Assembly (NCBI RefSeq): GCF_009834535.1
Contig: NC_045697.1
Coordinates: forward strand, 63,614,001-63,678,000
From: Camelus ferus
Taxonomy: Eukaryota
Direction of reading: 5' to 3'
DNA length: 64,000 nucleotides
Under the pieces are notes generated by a model. It ran no database searches and was not told where the DNA came from. It saw only the letters and a list, made by a program, of their open reading frames with translations. Positions 1 through 11,995 of this stretch are shown here, one piece after another (position 1 is the first letter of the stretch; each line of letters starts with the position of its first letter). The translations under genes were made by a program, and so were the position numbers.

Positions 1-1759
1 AAAGACAAAAGGCAATAGACGGTCTTGATAACATTTTGATCGTTGTACTATATTATGGAGTAATGATTTAGAGACTGAATGAGTTTGAATTTTATTTTAT
101 CATATTGCCTCTGAGGTATCACGCTGAGGTATTAAAAATTTAATTTTTTTTTCTCTGAGACTAACTAAACTTGATGGAGACTGAAATGTATTTTTATTAC
201 CAACTACATCTGCTGGTGAAAACCCAAATAAACAAAGGGCAAAACTAAATCATGATGCTGTATTCTAATATCATCACCTACTAATCCAATATAGAAGCTC
301 TTATAAAAGGGAGACGTTGATTTAGCACAGCTCTAGCCATCTGATTCACAAAGGTAGGGTGGAAGTCTCTGTTTTCTGTATTGGCTTTTGTAGAACTGTA
401 GATCCAGGAAGCATATTTACAGCCCTTTAACAAGCATACACAGTAATTAAAAACAGCAAGGTTTCCTACTGCATAGCTTGGTTATCTTGGCTATGGAGAT
501 AACCACTTTTAGCTGACTCCAGGGTACTCTTGAAAACAATATGATTGCACCATGGAGTCTCTGTTTGTTTATCCTACATGTAATTGAAACAGAGCTGACA
601 TGCTACTCGGGCACTCTCTTCTGCCCTACGCCCAGAGGGAACCATATGTTACATTTCCAAATTTTATAAATGTGTTTAGCATTGTTAATCACACACAAAT
701 GTGAGGTCTCTCATTTCATTGACTTTCATTCAATTATGCTTTGGGTGTCTCCTGTTTACCCAGAATAGGCACTTCTGTAAGCAGAGTTAGAGGGAGTATA
801 AGACTTGAATTTTCACTCAGGCTTGGTAGAAATTAACAGGATAAGTTAAAATTTATAATTTATCCTATAATTTACCTTACTGATAAGTTCTTGTGTGTGA
901 TTTCTCCAGAATGCAGATATTTTGAATCCTAATAACTCACACTTCATGTCAAAGGATTGATGAACTATCTCATCTCTCAATGATTCTGGATTTGTTTGCT
1001 TAGTTAAGTATGGAAGAAAGTGACAGTGTTCCCTTAACACATAGTTTCTCTTCTGAGGATTCTTTTCCAAGAAGAGGTAATAAAACTTATGTTTGAAAAA
1101 AGTACCTTCAGTAACTGAATAGTTCAAGGAATTCCATTCGAAAGATAAATCTCGGGGCCAAAAGGGAAGAAAATGCTGTGAAGGGCATATCCTCCTTTTC
1201 AGCAGAGAGTGTTTTAAGTAGGGGACATTTTTCTTCTGTTGTTTTTCTTCCCTTTATTAAGGGAAAGAAGAAATGAGAAGAAGAGTACTGAAAGTGCAGA
1301 TAAAATATTCTTCTATGTGAGTTTTCATAAAATCTACTGGCAACATATTCTGTAGAAGGTTCACAAAATTTGTTAGAAGTCCAATATGATAAAAAGCAAG
1401 AAATGTATTTTGTAAATATTGATGAAGACATGCTCTGGAAAGTCATATTTTATTAACTCTTGGCATGTCCTTCAAAGAAAAAATAGAATTTGATGCCTAG
1501 TTTCTTAAAGACACATTTGAAGACATTCAGTGAGCATGGATAGTTTTAATTTTTATTCTCAATGTTTCTAAATGTCTTATTCTGATTTTTATTATTGCAA
1601 GTAGAAGTTAAATTTTCTAAGGAGGAGATGCTGATAATTATTACGAGTCAGCTCTAATGTTTAAGCTAATTTTTCTGATTCTAGGTACTTTTGTTTTAAG
1701 CATCTTTGTTTTGAACGATAAATAACTGGTTGACAGTTTGGGGTTTGACAGTTGGGTTT

Positions 1760-1815
1760 CAGTTGGTTGAAATGCGTTAACATTTCTCCCAGCTAGTGAC
1801 ATTATTGATGGCTTT
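1760..1815 (+). mobile_element. MULE/MuDR (Mutator-like) DNA transposon, transposase remnant, left part
   Basis: 1771-1815 translates NALTFLPASDIIDGF, matching the LAFLP..D...GF motif of MULE transposases, and continues in frame with 3140 onward once the L1 is removed. Confidence 0.7.
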
Positions 1816-3126
1816 TTTCTTTTTAACATTTTTTACTGATTTATAATCATTTTACAATGTTGTGTCAAATTCCAGTGTAGAGCACAATTTTTCAGTTATA
1901 CATGAACATACATATATTCATTGTCACATTTTTTTTCACCATTGAGCTACCTTAAGATCTTGTATATATTTCCCTGTGCTATACAGTATAATCTTGTTTA
2001 TCGAGTCTACAATTTTGAAATCCCAGTCTATCCCTTCCTACCCCCCGCCCCCTTGGCAACCACAAGTTTGTATTCTATGTCTATGAGTCTATTTCTGTTT
2101 TGTATTTATGCTTTGTTTGGTTTTTTTGTTTTTGTCTTTGTTTTTGGATTCCACATATGAGCGATCTCATATGGTATTTTTCTTTCTCTTTCTGGCTTAC
2201 TTCACTTAGAATGACATTCTCCAGGAGCATCCATGTTGCTGCCAATGGCGTTATGTTGTCGGTTTTTGTGGCTGAATAGTATTCCATTGTATAAATATAC
2301 CACATCTTCTTTATCCAGTCATCTGTTGATGGACATTTAGGCAGTTTCCATGTCTTTGCTATTGTAAATAGTGCTGCTATGAACATTGGGGTGCAGGTGT
2401 CATTTTAAAGTAGGGTTCCTTCTGGATATATGCCCAGGAGTGGGATTCCTGGGTCATATGGTAAGTCTTTTACTGGTCTTTTGAGGAATATCCATACTGT
2501 TTTCCACAGTGGCTGCACCAAACTGCATTGCCACCAGCAGTGTAAGAGGGTTCCCTTTTCTCCACAGCCTCTCCAGCATTTGTCATTTGTGGATTTTGGA
2601 ATGATGGCCATTCTGACTGGTGTGAGGTGATACCTCATCATAGTTTTGACTTGCATTTCTCTGGTAATTAGTGATATTGAGCATTTTTTCATGTGCCTAT
2701 TGATCATTTGTATGTCTTCCTTGGAGAATTGCTTGTTTAGGTCTTCTGCCCATTTTTGGATTGGGTTGTTTGTCTTTTTCTTATTAAGTCATATTAGCTG
2801 CTGATATATTCTGGAGATCAAGCCTTGGTCGGTTTCATTTGCAAAAATTTTCTCACATTCCACAGATTGTCATTTCATTTTACTTACGGTTTCCTTTGCT
2901 GTGCAGAAGCTTGTAATTTTCATTAGGTCCCATTTATTTATTCTTGCTTTTATTTCTATTGCTTGGGTAGACTGTTCTAGGAGAACATTTTTGAGATGTA
3001 TGTCAGATAATGTTTTGCCTATATTTTCTTCTAGGAGGTTTATTGTATCTTGTCTTATGTTTAAGTCTTTGATCCATTTTGAGTTGATTTTTGTATATGG
3101 TGTAAGGGAGTGTTCTAGCTTCATTG
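1816..3126 (-). mobile_element. 5'-truncated LINE-1 (ORF2 C-terminus + 3'UTR + polyA), relatively young
   Basis: Minus-strand ORFs 2870-3124, 2405-2707 (CCHC knuckle CWRGC...HCWWQC) and 2081-2386 are L1 ORF2 C-terminal pieces; T-rich tail at ~1816; 13-bp TSD TATTGATGGCTTT at 1803-1815 and 3127-3139. Confidence 0.97.
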
Positions 3127-3792
3127 TATTGATGGCTTTATTGAGTTGCCAGATGATGATGATTTGTCCCTAGTGTTGGTTTCATATTTAGAAATACACT
3201 ACATTAGAGGAGAAAAAGGCCCAGGGCCTGGAAGCTGCAGAGTTGAACCCACATTTCCCATAGAACTTAGGAACATCTATCAATGGACATGTGACAATAT
3301 ACCAAGAACAAACAACAGTGTAGAGGCTTTCCCAGCACAATTCAAAGCTTAGGTACAAAAATGCATCCTAGAGTTTGGAAACTGTGTTTTCTTTCAAACC
3401 TAGTATTTTCTTAATGAAGGAAAAATTTTAGTTAAAAAGAAGTGCAATGCCAAACAGAGACAAATCAATAAGCAAAAGAAAAAACGTGTAATACACTGTG
3501 AGTAAAAGACTTGGAAGGCAAATGCTCAGGTGCAACCCACAAGATGAAGTCAGTTCTTTGCACAGTATTGCGATGAATCTACACTCATTTTAAATGTATT
3601 CAGATATTATGTGTCCCAATGAAACCTTTTTAATTTTGTGACTCATTTCACATGTTTCATTATGTCCTTTTTAATGTACCTCTTTTATTCATTATTTTAT
3701 CTTTTATGGCAAAGTTACTTGCAGTCAATTAGTTAAGTGGTGTAAATGTTTGTGGCAAAGATGTCTGTGAACAAGGTGCTTATGATACCGAA
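3127..3792 (+). mobile_element. MULE/MuDR transposase remnant (C-terminal part) with subterminal tandem repeats
   Basis: ORF 3146-3352 contains YLEIHYI...FPIELRNIY...PRTNNSVEAF; frameshifted continuation MHPRVWKL and a C-terminal LHSIAMNL; ~15-bp degenerate repeats (TGGCAAAG...) at 3707-3792. Confidence 0.8.
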
Positions 3793-4177
3793 CATGAACT
3801 TTTCCAGTCATAGTAGGATAACTCTCTAGTAGTCTCTAAATGTTAATGTTACACGTGCACACACACACCCCTTTTATTTTCTTACTTTACTATTATGAGT
3901 AGGGCTAAAAAACTGTTGTCCAATTTTCATGGAATATTAAAGGAAAAACTTAAACAAATCATATTGCAGGCAAATTCACTGGTAAAGTCTTTCATGGAGG
4001 TATAAATCAGAGAAAATTAAAATTCTTTTTGTTGATTCAGTATGAAAGTATTTATTAAAAGGTGCCAAAGCAAATGCATGAAAAGGAAATACTAAGTCTA
4101 ACTGTAACAGAGCAGAGCCAGTAAAAGAAAAATCTCTATGTAACCCATGTTAATTCTTTTTTATTACCCTTTTTAGA

Positions 4178-4397
4178 CAATGAAACTCAACCAAAAGTCA
4201 TTTCCCACCCACCCCCTCACCCTCCTAGGGAACATCAGGCAGTGTCTTGAGACATTTTTGATTATCACAGTTGGGGAATTTTACTGGCGTTTAGAGGATG
4301 GGGATGCTGCTTAACATCCCACAATGCACAAGACAATTCAGGACAGCAAGGAATTATCCAACCCAACATGTGAATATAGTCAAGGAGGGAAATTCTG
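4178..4397 (+). mobile_element. MER20-like hAT-Charlie MITE
   Basis: Contains GGCAGTGTCTTGAGACATTTTTGATTATCACA...GGATGCTGCTTAACATCCCACAATGCACAAGACA...GAATTATCCAACCCAA, the MER20 pattern. Confidence 0.85.
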
Positions 4398-7289
4398 CTC
4401 TAGATGTTAGTCGTGAACAATGCTGAAATCTTTATTGGTAACTAAGATGTTTTATAGCACTTTTCAGGAAAATAACAAAGTGCCTTGTTTACTATGTTAC
4501 AGCGTTATTTTCTGCCTGGGGAAACTCAGTAATGTTGTACTTCTTCACACATTTCTCTAGTCCCGTTCTTAAAACTGACTCAGAACTGAGTCTCTTATAG
4601 TTCAAGGTAGCCTATCTTACTCTTCAAGGTTACCTCTGAACAGTTCTGTTTCAGCCCATCACTTTCCCTTGACAAAGTTTGAGTCAAGGTGTCTAGGGAA
4701 ATGTTAATTATAGACTGTTTTTACATGTGCTTCAATCAGCCCCCATTAGGTTCCAGATCATATACATATTGCATCCTAGAAACACCCTTGAGATCCACAT
4801 AGACAGAAATCTAATAATGATCGTGAATTTTAAATATGTTTTTGAAAGCTCTAAATTTGGGGACACTAGAAAGAAATCTAAATGATTTTAGCTTTAATAT
4901 TTTTCTTAGTTCTATCCCCTAATACATTGTCTTGTATATTTCTTTTCTATACAAATGATTTTCATATGTAATTTTAATCACATTGTATACTGACATCCAT
5001 GTGTTACATTCATATATTGTATCATCTAGTTAACTTTTGTTAGTTATAAAAAATAACTCTGGTATATTAGTGATAAACTTTTGATATAAACCAGACAGTT
5101 AAAAGTATTAGAAATCAAATTGATCAACTTAGAAAAATCAAGGAAAATATTTCATCCAATTTAATTTTAGGGAAGCAATTCTCACTTAAAATAGTGTTTG
5201 ATTTTATTTAATTTTTTACTGATTTTTTTCATTTTAAAAAATACAGGAATTTATAGAAACAAAAATATTCTATCATACAATGTAATTTTTCTTACTAGCA
5301 ATCATCATTCAGTATTCATTGATCATTTACTATTGACACAATTGTGTAAATTATCCACCCTAGAAATATTTTAGAATATATTCATATTTAAATAATAATT
5401 GAAGGTTAAATATGAAACTAAGAAGAATAGACTTTATTTCACCTGCATCCATTTTGACATACATATTTATATATGCATACGTATGTATGCTTTCCTACAT
5501 ATGTTTAATACTGTTTAGAGAAATACTCCTTTTTTTCTTTTATAGATATGTGTGTATTTACACTTTAGTATGTCTACATTTTATAGACATGTGTATGCAG
5601 ACAATTGTGTATTGACTCATTTTTTGATCCTTCACCGAATAATTGAATCCATAGTATAGGTTTTAATGAGTTGTTTATACCGTAAACCTTCAAATAAAAA
5701 GCAACAGACTTAAAAAAAAAAAAAAAAGAAACCCTATCATCTTGTAATTCCACACCCCTTTTCCTGTAGTCTCCATAGTTACCCAAGAAAGTGATAAAGA
5801 ACTATAGAATTGTCATAACAGAAGAGGTTCTTAAATTTTTCTTCAGTTGTTTTCCACGTTGCTTCTCCAAAAAACAATGTATACCCTCTTTGATGTTAGA
5901 CAATTTGGTAAAAGTTCATTTATTTTTGTTGATAAATACTTCTACTAAGTCATTATTTAGTTTGTCTTTAGAGATTTTATAGACTCCATTTGAAAGCATA
6001 TACTTTCTATAATACTTATTATTCACTTATTTAACAGGTGACTATGTGAAACAAAATATTCTGTATTTGCAGCATAAAATATATTTGCCATCAAAAAAAA
6101 AACTGAAAAAAAAATGTTTGCCATGCTTCAAAATGAAAGAATTCTAGAGAATTCATAACACTTGCATATTTATTCTTTCAGAACCATGTTTTATTGTAAT
6201 AAATACATTTTAATAGTTAACATTTTAATTTTTATTGAATTCCAAAAATAAATTAGCCACTTTGATAATTTAAGTTGTTAAATTTTTAGGTTACACTTAA
6301 ATTACAGTTTGCTCAATATTTCACTGAGTGTTTATCTTATGAAAGTTGACTGAATTAATGTATCACAAGAAGTTGAAGGAATTATTAATATAATTTGCAT
6401 CCCAATTATCTCAAAAAATGGGTAATGTTAGCTTAATATTTTTTCCTAGTCATTTTTTGATCCTTACGCTTTCACCTTCCACTTAGCGTGGGACTGAGTG
6501 AAAACATGTACTGAATGAAAAACAAATGTAATGAACAGGTGGTCTCAATCTTTCTGTGAATATTTCTTTGTATATCCTAGCGAAGCAGGTTTCACCTAGT
6601 GAACTAAATAAATAACCAACTAATTAACTAATTTTAATCTATTATCATAGCTTTGAAATTCATTCTAGACTATAGACGGCAAGCAGTCGATTTAAAAATA
6701 AAGACGAATGTAATTACTAAGTGATAAAGTAGTTGATTTTCATCAAACTCCTATTTTGTAGAGTTGACCAGTGACTAAAATAGCAATATCACGCAGAGTA
6801 AACACTTTCCTGAAAGCGTAATTACTATGAGCACCTAAAGTGAAGAGCTCAAAACACATGCACAATCCCCCACCCCACCCCTACACACAGATGGGGATAG
6901 AGAGAAAGAGAAGGCTGGAAAGATAAAGAACAATATTTTACTATATTTATGTTTGTGTTGAGACTATGTGATGTCTCTGCTTTTTATTTACGGCTACTCT
7001 ACTTTTTCTATAATGAAAACATGTGTTTTATGATAATGAAATGAAGTTTATTTTTAAAATATGTGAAGGAGAACAAGTTTTATGACATACAAAGTTAACA
7101 GCCAAAGGGCTGATTCTCAGAACTGCCTGGTGATTTCTGTTTGATTTCACTGTGAGTGGAATTTAAAGTCCTCACACAGTTTCACCCACTCCCTACCCAT
7201 TCACTTCTGTAACCCCTTCAGCTTCCCTCCTCGCACCTACTCACTTGAGTATTCCTACACTGGTTTTGTTTCTCCTTTGTGTGCATTAT

Positions 7290-7637
7290 CTTCAGCCTCA
7301 GGGATTTTTCTCCTCTGATCTCTTTGCCTGATATTCTGCCAGATACCATCAGGCTCAATGCCTCACCTCTTGGAGTTTCCATAGTTTAAATAGTACTGTA
7401 AATATCGAGCTCACATTCCCCATTTCCCTTTTTGCTTAATTTTTCTCTTAGCATTTTTACTGTTAGTATGTTGTGTATGTATTATGTGTGTATTTATGTT
7501 AGTATTTTATGTCTCCCCATCTGAATACAAACTCAAGGGAGGCAGGGATTTTAGTCTTTTTTTTCACATCCCTACCCCTGCACTTAGAAGAGGAGCTGGT
7601 TACAAGCAGACACTCAGTAAGTGTCCTATGAATGAAG
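7290..7637 (+). mobile_element. L2 3' end remnant
   Basis: GGGAGGCAGGGATTTTAGTC...ACTCAGTAAGTGTCCTATGAATGAA resembles the L2 3' terminus. Confidence 0.65.
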
Positions 7638-8009
7638 GATGTCAGGGGCTTGCCAAGCACAAAGCTGATGTCACTTTACAGGAGTGACACACTTATGTTG
7701 ATTTTAATCCCTGGTACAAGATCTGGAAAATCACTCCTAAGCGATTACAGCAGGCAAACATTAGATTGTAGAGTAAGGCAAATAGACTGAAGGAGATTAA
7801 ACCATGTGTAGACATTCTGCAACTCCAAGTCACATTAAATCAAAGTCCCAACAGTAATCATTCCCTCAAAGTGCTTCTCAAACTTTTTATATTGTGGTGC
7901 CCATAGAAAATGATAAGATTTGAATTGCATATTGTTGTAAATGGACAAAGTTGCTTGTGCCAGGAAGATACTGCCCTAAGACATTCCACTCTAACCAGGT
8001 ATCTCATCA

Positions 8010-8492
8010 TACTTGGGATAAATTCTGAAGTCCTTAATCTGGTTTACAACCTTATGTGATCTGATTCCTGATAGCCTGTCTAACTTCAAAAGTAGACCTA
8101 TTTATTGTTCTTGCCCTTTTGCAATGGCTTCATTTTTATTGCTGGAACAAACTAAAGCCCATCTTCATGAATTTGTTCTAGATGTTTCCTCCCTTGGAAA
8201 GTCTCCTTATTACTATTCTGACTCTTGTAATTCAGATCACAGCTTAGATATGAGCTGCTCAGAAAGATTATTTCTTACCGTGTGGCATAAAGAAACCACA
8301 TAATCACTCTTGTATCACCAGATTTAATGTTCAGCGTAAGATTCATCAACATCTAATATTTTCTTGTGTATACATCGCTGCATTTGTTTAACCTCTCTCT
8401 TGGCTTGAGAGGAAGCCTCTCATTCACTGCAACATTTACAACACTTAAAAACAGTCCTTACTAGAAAATATTGTTTAAAATGAATAAATGAG
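8010..8492 (+). mobile_element. L2 3' remnant
   Basis: Degenerate L2 3' region ending TATTGTTTAAAATGAATAAATGA. Confidence 0.55.
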
Positions 8493-8669
8493 TTAAATTT
8501 ATTATCAACTCAAAAGTCTTTAATGATATTCCCAAGTATTTTAGAAGTTTGTTTACAACGAAAATGATTTTCTTATATAATTCCAATGAAACAGAAACAT
8601 TAGTATGTAAATTGTTTCAGGCGAGTTTTTGGTTTAAAAAAGACCTGCTAGCTGTGATCTGGGACACTT

Positions 8670-9460
8670 TCCTTTTTTCTTTCTTTTTTTTTTTTTGTGT
8701 GTGTGTGTCTTTATATAAATATATATATATGTGTGTGTATATATATATATATAGTTATTGAAGTATAGTCAGTTTACAGTGTGTCAGTTCCTGGTGTACA
8801 GCACAATACTTCAGTCATATAGGAACATACATATATTTGTTTTCATATTCTTTCACCATAAGTTACTACAGGATATTGAATATAGTTCCCTGTGCTGTAC
8901 AGTAAACTTGTCATTTATCTATTTTGTATATAGTGGTTAGTATCTGCAAATCTTGAACTCCCAATTTATCCCTTCCCACCCTCCCCCCCACTGAGTAAGC
9001 ATAGGTTTGTTTTCTATGTCTGTGAGTCTGTTTCTGTTTTGAAAATGTTTGTTTGTCCTTTTTTTTTTTTTTTATTCCATATATAAGTGATATCATATGG
9101 TATTTTTCTTTCTCTTTCTGGCTTCACTTAGAATGACATTCTCCAGGTCCATCCATGTTGCTGCAAATGGCATTATTTTATTCCTTTTTTATGGCTGAGT
9201 GGTATTCCATTATGTAAATATACCACAACTTCTTTATCCAATCATCTGTCAGTGGACATTTACGTTGTTTCCATGTTTTGGCTGTTGTAAATAGTGCTGC
9301 TGTGAACATTGGGGTGCGTGTGTCTTTCTGAATTAAGGTTCCCTCTGGATATATGCCCAGGAGTGGGATTCCTGGGTCATATGGTAAGTATTTTTAATCA
9401 TTTAAGGAATCTCCATGTTTTCCATTAGGGCTGCACCAAACTACATTCCCACCAGCAGTG
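8670..9460 (-). mobile_element. LINE-1 3' segment (ORF2 end + 3'UTR; tail decayed into T/TG/TA microsatellite)
   Basis: High similarity to 1816-2540; ORF 8911-9096 is L1 3' end-derived; segment ends at CTACATTCCCACCAGCAGTG (9460). Confidence 0.95.
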
Positions 9461-9463
9461 GGA

Positions 9464-9778
9464 ACTGAATGGAGAAAATATTTGCAAAAGATGAGACTGA
9501 CAAGGGCTTAATTTCCAGAATATATAAACAGCTCATACAACTTAAAAACAAACAACCCAATCCAAAAATGGGCAGAAGAACTAAACAAGCAATTCTCCAA
9601 GGAAGACATACAAATGGCCAATAGGCACATGAAAAGTGCTCAATATCGCTAATTATCAGAGAAATGCAAATCAAAACTACAATGGGAATCAACTCATATC
9701 AGTCAGAATGATCACCGTTCAAAAGTCCACAAACAATGAATGCTGGAGAGGCTGTGGAGAAAAGGGAACCCTCCTACA
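9464..9778 (+). mobile_element. Inverted 5' segment of the same LINE-1 (twin priming)
   Basis: Sense-strand ORF2 sequence ACTGAATGGAGAAAATATTTGC...GGAACCCTCCTACA; in L1 it directly precedes the reverse complement of the segment ending at 9460. Confidence 0.92.
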
Positions 9779-11449
9779 TACATTGTAAGAAGTGCTATGC
9801 TGTTGGTTTATGCAAGTATTTTCTGGGAGGCATGGATGCGGAACTCCATCTGATGTTCTTAATTGAGGACAAATCTAAAAAGAGAATATCATTTTGCCTA
9901 ATAAACAAAAGGCAGTAAGTAACTGCAGGTCCATGAAATATCAAAGGCATAGAAAGAGGAGAGAACGTGGGGAATAACAAAACATTGTGAAACAACTAGA
10001 AAAATGGCTGGTAAACAGTACAGAAAAGGTAAGGTTTAGATTTTTAAACTGACAGTGTCTCCTGGTGAATAAATTTTGTATCTCTTCAAATATTTAGGTA
10101 ACGCAGCAGCCTAGCCGATCATTACATACTGACATACAAAATGATCAAGAACTAGGACATCTGCCTTGGCTCCTGAAAATAATAAATTAATTTCAATTTA
10201 CACCTGCAGGGAGCTTGAAGAAGTTATATTCACTCAGTTGGGAAAAATAGAAGAGGTACTTTGAGTTACTCCAGAGAGCTTCTAAATTAGCTAGGGGACC
10301 TACAAATGCTAGTACCTAATTAAGAGCACCTGTTGGACACTTTTATGAAATCCTTTCAGGTTTTTTTTTTTGAAAACGTGTTTATGTACACTTCAGGTTT
10401 TAATGTTTAAGATCCATGAATTTTCTCTGAATTAGAAATAATCCTTATTTTGTAATCACTTGCAATCCAAATGGTCATGGGCAAAGTAACTATATGTTAA
10501 AGTAACTGTCAATCTCCGCCACACCATCTTATGATAAGTAACCAGCACTTGGCTGGCTTCTTTATCTCCTTTCTAAATCCTGAAAGCAGTTGAAAGGAAA
10601 AAAAAAAAAAAAAAAAAGGCAGGGCCTCAGCCCTCATCTTCAAAATGCTGTGGCTATTGACTATATCCCATGTGGTCTTCCTATCTACCCCTTGGGTAAG
10701 GTCTCCTCTCTAGGAACATTAGCTAGCATGTTTCTGCTTGAATTTATAATAAATTTTTTTTCCCTTCATGGGACTCCTGGGGCAGGATGTGTGTTATGCA
10801 GAAAGGCATGCTTCATTGCAGTTCAGCAAGGTGCCTGTGGCCTCCTTGCCAACCTTAAAGGCAGACTTCCATCCTTCTTCTGCCCCTGTTTCTTTTTACA
10901 TTATTGAGGTATAATTTTTTAAATGTTAAAAACATGATTCTCATAAAATATAAAATGAATGTCTATCTAAGATTTTATTCCATACAGTAATTAATTAGGT
11001 TATCAGTGAGGTGTTAAAATGTTTCATATTGCATTTGAGTAACTAGGTCTTTATAGGCAATGAGGAATGTAGAATAAGATTGCTGGCGTTGTCTGATCAG
11101 ACAGATTACTTACATCTCCACTGTGTATACTATATGGTAACATCTCGTATGGAATTATAAAATAACCTTATGAGTAGGAGGTCAGTGCACCATGCTATGC
11201 ACAGCCAGAACATCCAGTAGTCTCTTTACCTGTTTCCTGCATTTGTATTGTATTTCTGAGGTCCTGTCCTCAAACAGCTTCCTGAAATTGTTGTTGAAGA
11301 GTAAGGTCTGTTAGATTTTTAGCCCCTCATTTAGAATTGATCTTTAACATTTGAGAACTCAATTGTTATTACTGCAATTGTATAATTGTGATTATTGCTT
11401 ATTTCTTGATAGTATTCCCTGAGTTATTTCTTCTTAACTCCTAACTTCT

Positions 11450-11995
11450 TATTCTAGGTGCTAATGGTGACAGTAACAGATACACATCTCAGACCCAAAT
11501 GGCCAGACCTGATGGCCTCAACTGGATACATGGTGTGTTCTCAGAGATTCTGAGAAATAGACCACACCATCTGCCCTTGAACACTTTAATAGTGTTTTTA
11601 CTAGGCATTTTATTCATCTTCTTGCCACTATGATGCATCATAAACTTAACCTCCAAACCGAGTGGCAACAAGCATTCATTTCTTTGCTCATGGGACTGTG
11701 GTTTGGCTATGGCTGTGCCAGGTTCTGTAGTGATTTTCTGGCTTTGATTCCAGGCGAAGGCACCACATGCTTCCTCATATTTCTTGAACTGGGGGCCGGT
11801 CATGGCATATTCTTCTTGTGCTAGATCACCAGAGGGCAGAACCATACCCACTGCATGATTATTGCATTACAATATCCCCTTCACCAAAGCCAGTTTCTTT
11901 ACAAAGCACAAATCCATGGAGCAGGAAGTATATTCTGCCCACAGTGAGAGGAGGAGGAAAGCTAATGTTTGATTAACAGAAATTCAAACTATCAA
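11450..11995 (-). mobile_element. Old MaLR LTR (MLT1J/K-like)
   Basis: GC-richer island with degenerate MLT1 motifs (GTAACAGA..., GGCATATTCTTCTTGTG, CCAAAGCCAGT). Confidence 0.5.

Noticed and set aside
846..1446. Two 93-112 aa minus-strand ORFs
   Set aside because: AT-rich composition, no recognisable domains or exon boundaries; consistent with chance
2081..3124. Minus-strand ORFs with recognisable protein motifs
   Set aside because: Fragments of L1 ORF2 in a truncated insertion, not a host gene
3707..3792. Short spaced repeats as a possible CRISPR-like array
   Set aside because: Degenerate tandem units with no unique spacers, in mammalian DNA; better explained as transposon terminal repeats
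11489..11851. 120-aa ORF
   Set aside because: Lies within an old MaLR-like LTR; no protein family recognised
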